A stretch of 64,000 nt of DNA from Promethearchaeota archaeon (GTDB lineage Archaea > Asgardarchaeota > Lokiarchaeia > Sigyniarchaeales > SOKP01): the NCBI GenBank assembly GCA_048938005.1, contig JBHLMQ010000004.1, forward strand, positions 2,447 through 66,446, in the 5' to 3' direction. The position numbers and the translations under genes were made by a program. Under the pieces are notes generated by a model. That model saw only the letters and a list, made by a program, of their open reading frames with translations, made no database searches and was not told the DNA's origin. This document shows, one piece after another, positions 39,106-49,660 of the stretch (the stretch's first letter is position 1; every line of letters starts with the position of its first letter).

Positions 39106-41016
39106 ATGACCTCGCTTGATTTTGCCTTAAAAGACTTTTACAGGAAAAGACATTCGAATTTTCCTTTTTTGTTAATTATTACATTAGTTGTCGCAGTTGC
39201 AGAGTTTCTAATATATTTTACATCATCAATAGGCTTAAACATATTCGTTCAACCTACTTTTATAAATAAATATTATTTCTCTGGTGGAATTAATTTAGTG
39301 TATAAGCAGTTTAATACACTAATCCAAGGTTTGTTTATTATTTTAACAGTAGTTATAGTAATTGCTGTAACATCTACACTTGTTATTTCTAAAAAAAGAG
39401 ATATTGCTATTATGAAATCCCTAGGAACTCTCCCTCAGAAATTATATAGTTTTTATTTATTAGAAGTTTATATACTATTTTTCGTTGGATTTTTATTTGG
39501 ATGGATTTTGGGATTAGGTATTTTCGGAATATTTGCTTTAATCATGAATTTCTTCAATTTTTCTATTTCATTTCAAATTGATTTATTTTATACACCAATT
39601 ATGTTCTTTTCTTGTATCATTGGTATTTTTCTTATTACTGGTTATGTACTAAGGAAAATTGGTAGAAAAAAAATAGTAAACACATTCTCAAAAGATATAC
39701 CTTTTAATTATGATGCTTCAAGGCAAATAAAATTTATTCCAAAATGGTTAACCTCAATTGGATTTAATATTAAAATATCTGTTTTAAATACATTAAGGAA
39801 AAAAGGCGAATTTAAGAGATATTTAATAGTTTTTTCTATAATTGGTTTAATGATTTTTACTTTAGGCTTGGGAACAATAGTTTTAAGAACATCCTCTCAA
39901 GAATGGATCCATAAATCTCAGGGTGAAAATATTGTAATATTGGGACATAAAGATGTAATATATAATTGTTCTTTAATGTATAAAATGTTCTCTGATCCTT
40001 CTCTTCTTGTCGATGAAACTAGCATAAATTTTACAGAACCATCTTATTTGTTTAATTTAAGTAATCTTAGTAAATTATATGCAAATGAAAAAATTGAGAA
40101 AATAGATGAACGTTTAATAAATTTTTATGAGGTAAAGGAACTTAATGGTATACACATATTAGAAGATGGCCGTTATATGATCGTTGGTCAAAATCGAATA
40201 GGCATTATTCCTATAGTTGGTGTTAATCCTGAAAATTTAATTCAAAATTTTGAGATTGAAGGGAAGTTTTTCAGTAAAGAAGATAGTGATGAGAATATGA
40301 CTATTGGAGATGGATTAGCTTATAATCTTTTTGATTATGCGTTGGACCAGAGTTTAGAAATTACGGGAACTGGTAAGACATTTGGAATATCTGGTATAGT
40401 TATTGATAGTTTCTTTAGTGGTTATGCCGCTTATATGAATATTAATGAATCAAGAATTATTTTAGGCTTTTCTAATGAACTGGTTAATTTAGTAATATTA
40501 AAAATAAAAGTGGGTGCTTATAATGAAATTATAGAAGATTTGAATAATATAACTAAAAGTATTGGAGAAAATTTTACCTACTTAAAATTAGACGATGTTT
40601 TCCATGATAATTTAAATTTCTTAGGAAATTTATCGATATATCCTTTACTACTAATAATTTTGATAACAGTACTCGCTATTATATCCTTGCACAATTATCA
40701 AAAAGCCGGAATAATGGAAAAAGCAAAAGATTTTTTAATTATGAGAGCTATTGGTTCAAAAACTAGATCATTAAAGAAAATACTTTTTTTAGAATCATTC
40801 TTTGTTTTACTCCCATCTCTTCTTATAAGTTTAGGGATAGGTATGATTATTAATTCGTTATTTTTGCTAGGGCGAGTCTATTTACCCCCTTTATATATTC
40901 CGTTTATAATTTTCCTAATTTTATGTGCTTTATTTATGATTTCTAATTTTTTAAGCCTTTTTCCTATAATCAAGAAAATTAATAACTTTTCTATTAATGA
41001 TTTTAATATTTACTAA
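39106..41016 (+). CDS. ABC permease with two FtsX-like domains
   Basis: KKRDIAIMKSLG and KAKDFLIMRAIG motifs, large extracellular domain. Confidence 0.85.
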   Translation: MTSLDFALKDFYRKRHSNFPFLLIITLVVAVAEFLIYFTSSIGLNIFVQPTFINKYYFSGGINLVYKQFNTLIQGLFIILTVVIVIAVTSTLVISKKRDIAIMKSLGTLPQKLYSFYLLEVYILFFVGFLFGWILGLGIFGIFALIMNFFNFSISFQIDLFYTPIMFFSCIIGIFLITGYVLRKIGRKKIVNTFSKDIPFNYDASRQIKFIPKWLTSIGFNIKISVLNTLRKKGEFKRYLIVFSIIGLMIFTLGLGTIVLRTSSQEWIHKSQGENIVILGHKDVIYNCSLMYKMFSDPSLLVDETSINFTEPSYLFNLSNLSKLYANEKIEKIDERLINFYEVKELNGIHILEDGRYMIVGQNRIGIIPIVGVNPENLIQNFEIEGKFFSKEDSDENMTIGDGLAYNLFDYALDQSLEITGTGKTFGISGIVIDSFFSGYAAYMNINESRIILGFSNELVNLVILKIKVGAYNEIIEDLNNITKSIGENFTYLKLDDVFHDNLNFLGNLSIYPLLLIILITVLAIISLHNYQKAGIMEKAKDFLIMRAIGSKTRSLKKILFLESFFVLLPSLLISLGIGMIINSLFLLGRVYLPPLYIPFIIFLILCALFMISNFLSLFPIIKKINNFSINDFNIY

Positions 41017-41132
41017 TTATTTTTATTAAAATATTTAAAAATGAATTAATAGATAAGACCTTAATAAGTTAAATTTTAATTTCTGAATTTGTATTAATAT
41101 ATTAATTTCTAATGAAAAGGTGAATCTTCAAT

Positions 41133-42452
41133 ATGTCAGAAGATCCGTTAAAAGATAAAATCAGAGAACTGCAAGTAAAACTAGAGAAAAGGGATCTTGA
41201 AATCGAACAACTTGAAGACACAATTGAAGAACTTGAAGATAGAATTATGGAATTAGAGGCTCTAAGGGAATTAGAAGAAGGAGCTAAAAAAAAAAGTAAA
41301 AAAATGCAAGCTGCAGAATCCAGATTTGCGTATGAACTCGAAGAAAAAGATAAGGAGATAAGAGAACTTAAAAATAGTATGGGTTTTCTAAGAAAAGATT
41401 ACACTCAACTCCAGCAAGAATTTGAAAATTACAAAAATGCTCAGAAGGATTCTTCTGTTATTAGAGTTGAAGATTTAAGAAGCAAACCACCACTCAATGT
41501 CTTGGTTAAAGAATTACAGGATAAAGTAAATAAACAACGATCCGAGATTAATCGATTGAAATCTGAGAATGCTGGCATTGCAGAGTTTAGCGAAAAATTG
41601 AAGGAAAAAGACGAAGAAATTGAAATTTTGAATTCAGAAATCTTAGCGTTAAATCAAAAATTAAAAGATCTTGGTTCTGAAGCTGAAGATAAAAGTCGTG
41701 ATTCAATTACTAAAAAATTAATAGAAGATCTTCAGGGACAATTAAATAAAACTAAAAGTCAAGTAAATGAGTTAAAAAAAAAGCTTGCAAAATCAGATAA
41801 AAAAAGTAAAAAACAATTAAAGGATTTATCTAAAACCGAAGAATTTAAAAAAGAAATAAATGAACTAAAAGAGTTAATAGAATCTAAGGATATGGAAATT
41901 GAAGGTTTAAAACAGCATGTTATTTCTTTACAAAAAGCTGAAATAAGTGCCAATTTTGAGCAATCAGAACCTCCTTCTGGTGAAATGATCAAGGCATTAA
42001 AAGAAGATCTTCAGACTAAATTAAATAAAGCAAAGATACAGATAAAATCTCTTCAAGAGCAGATGAAAAAATATCAAGAGGGAAAAGCACCAGAATCAAG
42101 TAAAACTCAAAAGGAATTAGCAGGTGAATTAAAGATGCAAAGAGAGATGGCAATATTTCTCCAAAAACAACTGGAAACAAAGGAAGGAGAAATTGAAACA
42201 ATAAAAAATGAAGCTGTTCAAATAAAAAGAAGATACAGGCAATTAGAAAATCAACTAAGATTAAAGGATCAAAAACTTAACGATATACAACGCCAATTGG
42301 ATAGTCTTAATATTCAAACACAGTTTCAACCTAAAAGAGAAGATCCTCACTTAACATTGAGAATAAGAGAGCTCAAAAAAATTGTTGATGATTTAGAAAA
42401 ACAAAATATTGAACAAAGATTAGAGATTTCTCAGCTACGAAAAAAGATCTAA
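41133..42452 (+). CDS. Long segmented coiled-coil protein
   Basis: Heptad-rich E/K/L/Q composition over 439 aa, internal repeats, no enzyme motif. Confidence 0.8.
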   Translation: MSEDPLKDKIRELQVKLEKRDLEIEQLEDTIEELEDRIMELEALRELEEGAKKKSKKMQAAESRFAYELEEKDKEIRELKNSMGFLRKDYTQLQQEFENYKNAQKDSSVIRVEDLRSKPPLNVLVKELQDKVNKQRSEINRLKSENAGIAEFSEKLKEKDEEIEILNSEILALNQKLKDLGSEAEDKSRDSITKKLIEDLQGQLNKTKSQVNELKKKLAKSDKKSKKQLKDLSKTEEFKKEINELKELIESKDMEIEGLKQHVISLQKAEISANFEQSEPPSGEMIKALKEDLQTKLNKAKIQIKSLQEQMKKYQEGKAPESSKTQKELAGELKMQREMAIFLQKQLETKEGEIETIKNEAVQIKRRYRQLENQLRLKDQKLNDIQRQLDSLNIQTQFQPKREDPHLTLRIRELKKIVDDLEKQNIEQRLEISQLRKKI

Positions 42453-42459
42453 ATCTATC

Positions 42460-43440
42460 ATGGAACTCATTATCCTAGGGAGTGCAGCAGCAACTCCTAT
42501 TAAAAAGCGGAATTTATCATCTATAGCTTTAAAATATAAAAACCAAATTCTCCTATTTGATTGTGGAGAAGATTTCCAGCGTAGGTTCGCAGAAGCTGGT
42601 TTAAAATTTAATAAACCAATGAAAATATTCATTACTCATTTTCATGGAGACCATATTTTGGGACTCCCTCCATTCCTGTTCCGCTTAAGTCTAAATGATA
42701 GAACAGCACCAATGATCATTTATGGTCCTCGAAATCTATTTCTTTATTTATTTCTCCATAAAAAGATTCTCGGTTTAAAAGCTAAATATCCTATTAGGAT
42801 TATTGAGATAAATCATCAGACAAAAGAGCTAATTGAATTTGAAGGATTAGATTCTGAAGACCCAGTAAGAACAATAAACATGAATGATGATATTATATTT
42901 GATTCTAAATATTTCTCAATAAAATATGCTTTAGTAGAACATTCAATAATTACATTCGCATATGCTTTTATTGAAAAACCCCGTTATGGAAAATTCGATC
43001 CTAATCGCGCAAGAAAATTAGGGATTCCTGAAAGTAATCTTTGGAAAAAGTTGCATGAAGGACAAATTATTGAATTCAATGGTAAAGAGATCGATCCAGT
43101 TAAGGAGGGGATTGTTGGACCTAAAAAACCTGGAAGAAAAATAACATACTCAGGAGATTTAAAACCTAGTGATTCAATCATAAATTTAGGAAAAGATTCA
43201 GATATTTTAATTCATGAGGCAACGTTCGCAAAAGCATTGGCAGAAACTGCTAAAGAAAAAATGCACTCTACCTCTATTGATGCTGCGAATGATGCAAAAA
43301 AAATGAATGCAAAACGATTAATTCTCACTCATATTTCTGCGCGCTATGAGAATGAAGCTCAGAAAATCTTAGAAGAAGCTAAAGAAATTTTTCCAAATAC
43401 TATTTTAGCGGAAGATCTACTAAAAGTTGAATTAAAATAA
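42460..43440 (+). CDS. rnz: Ribonuclease Z
   Basis: THFHGDH, flexible arm GKFD...LGIP, YSGD, HEATF, HST, THIS.RY. Confidence 0.95.
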   Translation: MELIILGSAAATPIKKRNLSSIALKYKNQILLFDCGEDFQRRFAEAGLKFNKPMKIFITHFHGDHILGLPPFLFRLSLNDRTAPMIIYGPRNLFLYLFLHKKILGLKAKYPIRIIEINHQTKELIEFEGLDSEDPVRTINMNDDIIFDSKYFSIKYALVEHSIITFAYAFIEKPRYGKFDPNRARKLGIPESNLWKKLHEGQIIEFNGKEIDPVKEGIVGPKKPGRKITYSGDLKPSDSIINLGKDSDILIHEATFAKALAETAKEKMHSTSIDAANDAKKMNAKRLILTHISARYENEAQKILEEAKEIFPNTILAEDLLKVELK

Positions 43441-43501
43441 GAGTGAATTAACATCTAAATATTAAAAAGAGGATATAAAAAAATCCAATTTAATTATAGC
43501 T

Positions 43502-43720
43502 TTAAATCCCACCAGCAATGTGAGGAAGTATAACTACTTCTGATTGTTCATTGATTACGGTATCGGGAGTAGCTTTCTTACCATCAACTAGAATTCCAAA
43601 ATATTTATCTTCCAAGTTGAGTTCTCGCAATAAATCAGCAACCGTCATTGTTTTATCTGGAGTAAATGTTTCATATAAACCAGTATCTAATAATTCTGAA
43701 ATTTGCTTTATAATAACCAC
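43502..43720 (-). CDS. ThiS/MoaD/SAMP-type ubiquitin-like protein
   Basis: TVADLLREL, ILVDG, VVILPHIAGG followed by one extra residue. Confidence 0.85.
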   Translation of the reverse strand: MVIIKQISELLDTGLYETFTPDKTMTVADLLRELNLEDKYFGILVDGKKATPDTVINEQSEVVILPHIAGGI

Positions 43721-43971
43721 ATAAAAATTTTTAGTTATTTATTATATTATCTTTATGATATTTAATATTATTTCTTTAGTTTTATTCGTTTCAGGAGGCT
43801 GTGAATTCTTTTTTTTGAAGATTTTATAGCATTTATTCTACTTATCAGTACATAGTTTCATATCTGATATGAATAGACAAATATTTTTGCGATTTTAATT
43901 AAAATACAATTTTTTTTATTTTTACATTAATTTCTATACTCAGGCTTTACTCTTTTAGAGGAGATTATAAA

Positions 43972-45621
43972 ATTATTGAAGAAGAAGAATACATTGATTA
44001 CACAGAGTTTTTAGATAAAATAAGAACTTATGAGTCCAAAATTAAACAAGTAAAAGATCCTATTGAGAGGACTAAAACAATAAAAGAGATGGTTTCAAGT
44101 TCAATCACTTTTTCTACCGAAATTGCCCAATCTGGAGAATACTTTGAAGCTGGAGAGTTATTATTTTCTGTTGCAGAAATTGTGGAAAATCTTGACTTTT
44201 CGGAAGCACTTGAATTGTATAGACAAATTATTGAACTTTATAAAAAACTTATTGTTGATTATAAACTTCAAGCGAAATTACATGAGATTGCTGAATTATA
44301 CTTGAGAATCGCGGATATTTATCGTGAGAAGATCGGAGATATACAATCTGAAAAAAGGAATATCTTAAATAGTATAAAATTCTTAAAGCAAGAAAGTGAA
44401 CTTTTAAAAGAATTTAATGAAAATAGAAAAATAGCTCAAAATTTTCAAAATATTGCAGAATTATTTTTTAAATTTTCTGATTTCAATAAAGCTATAAAGT
44501 ATTATGAAAAAGTTATTGAAATTTCGAAATCTCATAATTATTATGATATGTTATCGTTTTCCTATCAGCAAATTGGATCTTGTTATGAAGAAATCGACGA
44601 TTATAACAAATCACAAGATGTAATTTTAGATGGAGTAGAATTTTTTTCTGATTTAGTCACTAGATTTGAAGATAAAAATGATAATTTGACTCTAGCTCAG
44701 ATCTATCAGATATTAAAAAATCTCTATAAAATTTTGGATAAAAAAGATCAATATACAAATTTCTCTAAAAAAGAAGCTGGAGCCTATATAGATCTAGCAG
44801 AAACATTGGAAAAGAAAAAAGAAAATTACCACAAAATTGCTAGATATTATCGGGGTGCAGCTTTATGTTATCAAGAAATACAGAATAATTTAATTGAATG
44901 TGCTTCATGTTTTATATTGGGTGGTAACTTCTCAGAGAAAACCGGAGATTTCAATCAAGCTGCACTAAATTTTTTTGATGCAGCTAATGTTTTTAAAGAA
45001 TTAGATAATCTTGAAATGGCATATAAACATTTTATAAAAGCTGGAGATAATTTTTGGAAGATTGGAAGCATTAACGAATCTACTGAGAGTTATTTGAATG
45101 CTTATGATATTGCTCTGGAGGGTAATCTAGAATTTAATAGGTTTGGAATTTTCAATCAAATCGTAAGAGGATTAAATAAAATTGCTGAAGAAGGATTAAA
45201 AAATAAGCAATTCTTTACAGCAGCAACTCTTATTTTAGAAAGTATAAAGTTTTACGAGCAACTTGATACCGCGAAGGATTTTCTTTTACGAGAAATGGTT
45301 AATAATCTATATCGTTATTATTATAGAGCAGCTAACCTTAAAAAAATAGGATATTCTCATATTGTTCAGAGTTATGTCCTGGCATCAATCTCATGCATTT
45401 TAAATGGTAAATTGGAAAAAGCTTGGAAAGTTATATCTGAAATAGAATCTGAAGGGATCACTGTTAAAAAATATAAAGAAATAATAAAAATAATGATTGA
45501 ACAAGTTTCTAATGGAAAAGAAGTTGAATTAGAAATTTTTCCTTATTATCTAAGAAGGTTAATCGAAAGTTCCGAAGAAATATTGTATCTTTTAAAGTTA
45601 TTTAAAGGATTTAAAATATAA
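43972..45621 (+). CDS. TPR/alpha-SNAP-like repeat protein; proposed ATT start at 43972
   Basis: Repeats such as IARYYRGAALCYQE, AALNFFDAANVFKE, AYKHFIKAGDNFWK; 39 further open codons upstream of ATG 44089. Confidence 0.75.
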   Translation: MIEEEEYIDYTEFLDKIRTYESKIKQVKDPIERTKTIKEMVSSSITFSTEIAQSGEYFEAGELLFSVAEIVENLDFSEALELYRQIIELYKKLIVDYKLQAKLHEIAELYLRIADIYREKIGDIQSEKRNILNSIKFLKQESELLKEFNENRKIAQNFQNIAELFFKFSDFNKAIKYYEKVIEISKSHNYYDMLSFSYQQIGSCYEEIDDYNKSQDVILDGVEFFSDLVTRFEDKNDNLTLAQIYQILKNLYKILDKKDQYTNFSKKEAGAYIDLAETLEKKKENYHKIARYYRGAALCYQEIQNNLIECASCFILGGNFSEKTGDFNQAALNFFDAANVFKELDNLEMAYKHFIKAGDNFWKIGSINESTESYLNAYDIALEGNLEFNRFGIFNQIVRGLNKIAEEGLKNKQFFTAATLILESIKFYEQLDTAKDFLLREMVNNLYRYYYRAANLKKIGYSHIVQSYVLASISCILNGKLEKAWKVISEIESEGITVKKYKEIIKIMIEQVSNGKEVELEIFPYYLRRLIESSEEILYLLKLFKGFKI

Positions 45622-45844
45622 AGAATAGACACTTTTATATAAGCCCTAATGGGGAATCTAAAAAGCTAAAATATTTAAAACTAATCCTTTATGTTAATAT
45701 AAAAAGTTTCTTATGAAATGTAATGTGAAATACATTTCTAATTACATTATTAGACATTATAAGTAAATTAATGAATCGAAAGGGAAAATAATTTGAATTT
45801 TTTCTTTAACTTTTACTTTTGATTAATTATTAAGATTAAGGTTT

Positions 45845-46507
45845 ATGAATAAAAGAGAGAAAATAATTTTAAGTTTTGATTTAGATAACACTTTAATTAA
45901 TAATAGAGAAGGTATTGTAGGCTCATTTAATTATGCTTTAGATAAGTTTAATCTATCAAAATTGGAGAAATCAGAAATAGAAAGTATGATTGGAACGCCT
46001 TTAAATGAGATGTTTGCCAGAGTGACCAACAAAGATCCTTCTGAATTATCTTCTGCCTTTAGAGAATATTATGGAACAAAAGGAATTTATCAAGCCTATC
46101 TGCTGCCAGGGATTAAATCTAAGCTGGAAGAATTAAAGAAATTATCGTTCACTTTGGGTATTATAACTTCTAAGAAACAAGAAATGGCAGAGAGGATCAT
46201 AGAAATATTAAAAATTGAGGGTTATTTTGATTATATTATAGGGGAAACAGAAGATAGAAAGGAATTGGGAAAACTTGACCCAAATTTAAAAATAATTTTA
46301 AATAAGAAATATCCAGGATATAAAATTATAGTTATTGGAGACCACCCTAAAGATGTAATGCTTTCCAATAACTTAAACTGTCCATTTATTGGTGTATTGA
46401 CGGGACATCATTCAACTAAACAGTTAAAGAAATTGAAAAAGGGAAAATTCTTAGCAATAAATAGTGTAAGAGAATTGACTCTGAAAAAGATTAATCTTGT
46501 TTTATAA
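45845..46507 (+). CDS. HAD hydrolase (phosphoglycolate phosphatase-like)
   Basis: FDLDNTL, ITSK, IGDHPKD. Confidence 0.9.
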   Translation: MNKREKIILSFDLDNTLINNREGIVGSFNYALDKFNLSKLEKSEIESMIGTPLNEMFARVTNKDPSELSSAFREYYGTKGIYQAYLLPGIKSKLEELKKLSFTLGIITSKKQEMAERIIEILKIEGYFDYIIGETEDRKELGKLDPNLKIILNKKYPGYKIIVIGDHPKDVMLSNNLNCPFIGVLTGHHSTKQLKKLKKGKFLAINSVRELTLKKINLVL

Positions 46508-46548
46508 AATTTAAACTTCTAAAAATATAAAAAAAGTAAAGTCAATTT

Positions 46549-48006
46549 TTATTCTTTTGACCACGATTCGTATTCTTTCATATATTCTTCTGGTTTCCAC
46601 TGAATGTCCATAAAATTTGGAATCCCACTCGAATCTCTTGGACCAACAACGACAAAAGCATCTGCTTCATCCTCTAAAGATCCGCTTAAGCGAGCAGCCA
46701 TGCCTGGAAGGATAAGAATTCTGTGGTTAACTTTATCAAATGCTTTAAATTCCTTTACAGCTTCTGCTATGCCCCCTGCGTTAAATTGACCCCCAGCTAC
46801 AGCACTTTCAATTCCTATTCCCTCCGTATCAACTACTAAAAGCCAGCAATCAATATTAGCTCCTTGAAGGTCTTGTTCTACTGGGATTTTCGTCATCCTA
46901 TAGTTACTCGTCACGAAGATAGGCGCTTTTGGTCCAGGTTCTCCAATCTTATAAAGTCCAGGGTCAACAGCAGGATAAATTCTAGGATCTGAAAATACGC
47001 TTTGCCTTAATGTCATTAAAGCTAAAAGAGCCCATATTTCTTCTTTCTTCTGACCTGTATGTAAAACAATCAAATTTGTATCAACAGATTCCATAATGGC
47101 TCCCATTATGACTTCTTGATATTGATGTTCCCAAAGCTCTTTATTATTTCCTATCTTCACTTGACTCCAATATGCTGCGGGTACTCCCATAACTGGCCAA
47201 CAAGCATTTCCATCTTCTTTATCTATCGCTGCGGTTCTTAATTGCATGATATTGTCATATGTGACAGAAAGATTACCAGGTCCAAAATAAGTTCCTGAGT
47301 CTAATACAATTTCTTTTACCCCAAATTTCTGTAAAGTAGCACTTAAAGATATTAATTCATCTAAATTATTTGAGGCAATAACAACTGGTAAGTTATTTTC
47401 AATTGCAAATTTACCAATTTGTTCCCAAGTATCTTTAGTAACAGCATAGAGTAATGGTTTTTTATCCTTAATTTCATTCGCTGCAGCTATTAATACTTCA
47501 GAATTGAAACTACATAACATTATTGGAAGATCTGAAATCTCTACAATTTTCCTTGCTGCTAACTTAAACTGATCAACATCTCCAGAAACATTTCTCAAAG
47601 CAATTCCATCTAGAGTAAGTACATCTCCAATTCTTTCTATTTTAAGATTTGTAAGATAATTTACAATCTCTTCTAAATCTGCGTTATCATCAGCGATTTC
47701 AATGAAAATTGCTGTTTGATTATAGTAAGTAAGTTGATGTCGCATTAATACTTCCTCTCCTCCAACTGTAATTGCTCGATCACCAATTCCAATAATAACA
47801 GGTTTTTGAGGTGGGGTAATAAGTTTAATAAGTCTTTCTCGATTTTTTACTTGTTTGGTATCTTGCATTAAATGGGTACAGTCTTGAACTTTTACCTTTC
47901 TTTCTAGAATGTCAGTAGCGAATGCCATACATGTATCATATCCACAATCTTTGCAATTTGATTTATCCAAAAGGGCATAAACTTCTAACGGACTTGGTCT
48001 TGCCAT
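46549..48006 (-). CDS. cdhE: Corrinoid Fe-S protein large subunit (ACDS gamma)
   Basis: NCKDCGYDTCMAFA...C, GGEEVL.RH, DPR, VTSNY, DTEG...SAVAGG, PG.AA, VGPRDSS. Confidence 0.92.
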   Translation of the reverse strand: MARPSPLEVYALLDKSNCKDCGYDTCMAFATDILERKVKVQDCTHLMQDTKQVKNRERLIKLITPPQKPVIIGIGDRAITVGGEEVLMRHQLTYYNQTAIFIEIADDNADLEEIVNYLTNLKIERIGDVLTLDGIALRNVSGDVDQFKLAARKIVEISDLPIMLCSFNSEVLIAAANEIKDKKPLLYAVTKDTWEQIGKFAIENNLPVVIASNNLDELISLSATLQKFGVKEIVLDSGTYFGPGNLSVTYDNIMQLRTAAIDKEDGNACWPVMGVPAAYWSQVKIGNNKELWEHQYQEVIMGAIMESVDTNLIVLHTGQKKEEIWALLALMTLRQSVFSDPRIYPAVDPGLYKIGEPGPKAPIFVTSNYRMTKIPVEQDLQGANIDCWLLVVDTEGIGIESAVAGGQFNAGGIAEAVKEFKAFDKVNHRILILPGMAARLSGSLEDEADAFVVVGPRDSSGIPNFMDIQWKPEEYMKEYESWSKE

Positions 48007-48194
48007 TTCAATTTCTCCAAATACTTTTTTTACTCCGTAAAAAATATTCACTAAATATGGTTAGTCTAATTATAAATTGAATTAAAAATTTGGTTTTTTC
48101 AGAAATATAAAAATTACAACTCTATTTTTCTAAATTTAATCATTAAAGTGAAGTTTTAGAAAATTATTAAAAAATTTTTATATTTAATTAGTTA

Positions 48195-49652
48195 ATGGTT
48201 AAGGATCAAAAATATTTTGAAGATCTTAACTCTTTGTTTTATCCTAAACACATTGCATTTATAGGAGCATCAGAGAGCTCCAGACTAGGTTCAATGATGT
48301 ATTTGCCGGCTTTTAGGGATTCTATATGGTCTGAAACTTTTTATCCGATAAATCCAAAATACGATAAATTACTAGGGTGGAAGTGTTATCCTTCTGTTTT
48401 AGATGTTCCATTTCCAGTCGACACAGCCTATATATCATTAAAAACAAATTTTATTCCAGACGTTTTGAAAGAATGTGTAAAGAAAGGAATAAAATGGGTA
48501 ATTATTTTTGCCTCAGGCTTTTCTGAAACAGGAAATTCTAAAGGAAAACAATTAGAAATCGAGCTTTTAAAAATTATTGAAGGTACTAATACAAGAATTA
48601 TAGGACCAAATTGTTTAGGACCTTTAAACGTAGAAACTGGAATGGCATTCTCATTTGCTTCTCAAAAGGGGATTCAGGGTGGAGTATCTTTTATGTCGCA
48701 ATCCGGAGGGCATTTAACCCAATTAGTTAATGTAGGATTTAAACGGGATATTAGATTTCGCTATGGTATTAGTTTCGGCAATCAAATTGATTTAAATTGT
48801 GTGGATTTTATGAGGCATTATCGTCAGAATTTAAAAACAACTATTATTGCTGCATATTTAGAATCATCTGGTTCAGCAAATGCTCATGAATTATTTATAG
48901 AACTTGGAAAAACAGCTAAAATTAAACCAGTAATCTTATGGAAGGGAGGATACACTAAAGATGGATCGCGAGCTGCATTTTCACACACAGGTGCAATAGG
49001 TTCAAAAGATAAGTTATGGAAATCAATAGCTAAGCAAACAGGAACTGTTTTAGTTAAAGATAATGAAGAATTTTGGAATACAATCAAAACTTTCGAGCTA
49101 TTATATCCAAAACAAATTCCAAAAGGACGAAATGTAGGAATAGTTACTCCTGGAGGTGGAGCGTCCGTTAACTTAACAGATTTATTCGCTTCTCAAAACC
49201 TTAATGTGCCAGAATTAACTTCCGAATCACAATTCAAAATATCTGAAATTTTACCATATGTTAACGTAAGCATTAAAAATCCTGTGGATTTGGGGGCATC
49301 GGGATTTATTTTGAACATTTTTAATAAGTGTATAGAAATTGTGTCTAATGATCCAAATATTGATTTAATTATAATACCTCTATGGCCAGATCATATTTAT
49401 CGTCATGTTTTTATTAGGATGATTAGAAGTTTTGAATCATCGTTAAAACCATTTGCATTTTGTTTACCAAATATTGCCGATGATAGTAATCTCGTAAAAA
49501 GGTTTAGTTCTGCTAAAAAGTTATTACATAATAAAAGAGTTCTATATTTCTTGTCATTAAGAGATGCTGCAAGAAGCATCTCACTTTTATGTGATTATAT
49601 AGAATTTTTAAAATCTCGTAATATCCCTATTGCCCAAAGAAACAGAAATTAA
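48195..49652 (+). CDS. ADP-forming acyl-CoA synthetase alpha-type subunit
   Basis: IGAS, SGFSETG, IIGPNCLG, SQSGG, SHTGA phospho-His, NPVDL. Confidence 0.88.
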   Translation: MVKDQKYFEDLNSLFYPKHIAFIGASESSRLGSMMYLPAFRDSIWSETFYPINPKYDKLLGWKCYPSVLDVPFPVDTAYISLKTNFIPDVLKECVKKGIKWVIIFASGFSETGNSKGKQLEIELLKIIEGTNTRIIGPNCLGPLNVETGMAFSFASQKGIQGGVSFMSQSGGHLTQLVNVGFKRDIRFRYGISFGNQIDLNCVDFMRHYRQNLKTTIIAAYLESSGSANAHELFIELGKTAKIKPVILWKGGYTKDGSRAAFSHTGAIGSKDKLWKSIAKQTGTVLVKDNEEFWNTIKTFELLYPKQIPKGRNVGIVTPGGGASVNLTDLFASQNLNVPELTSESQFKISEILPYVNVSIKNPVDLGASGFILNIFNKCIEIVSNDPNIDLIIIPLWPDHIYRHVFIRMIRSFESSLKPFAFCLPNIADDSNLVKRFSSAKKLLHNKRVLYFLSLRDAARSISLLCDYIEFLKSRNIPIAQRNRN

Positions 49653-49660
49653 ATTAAAAT

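Noticed and set aside
43709-43722. Possible ATA start for the ubiquitin-like gene
   Set aside because: An in-frame GTG is available and the evidence does not discriminate between them.
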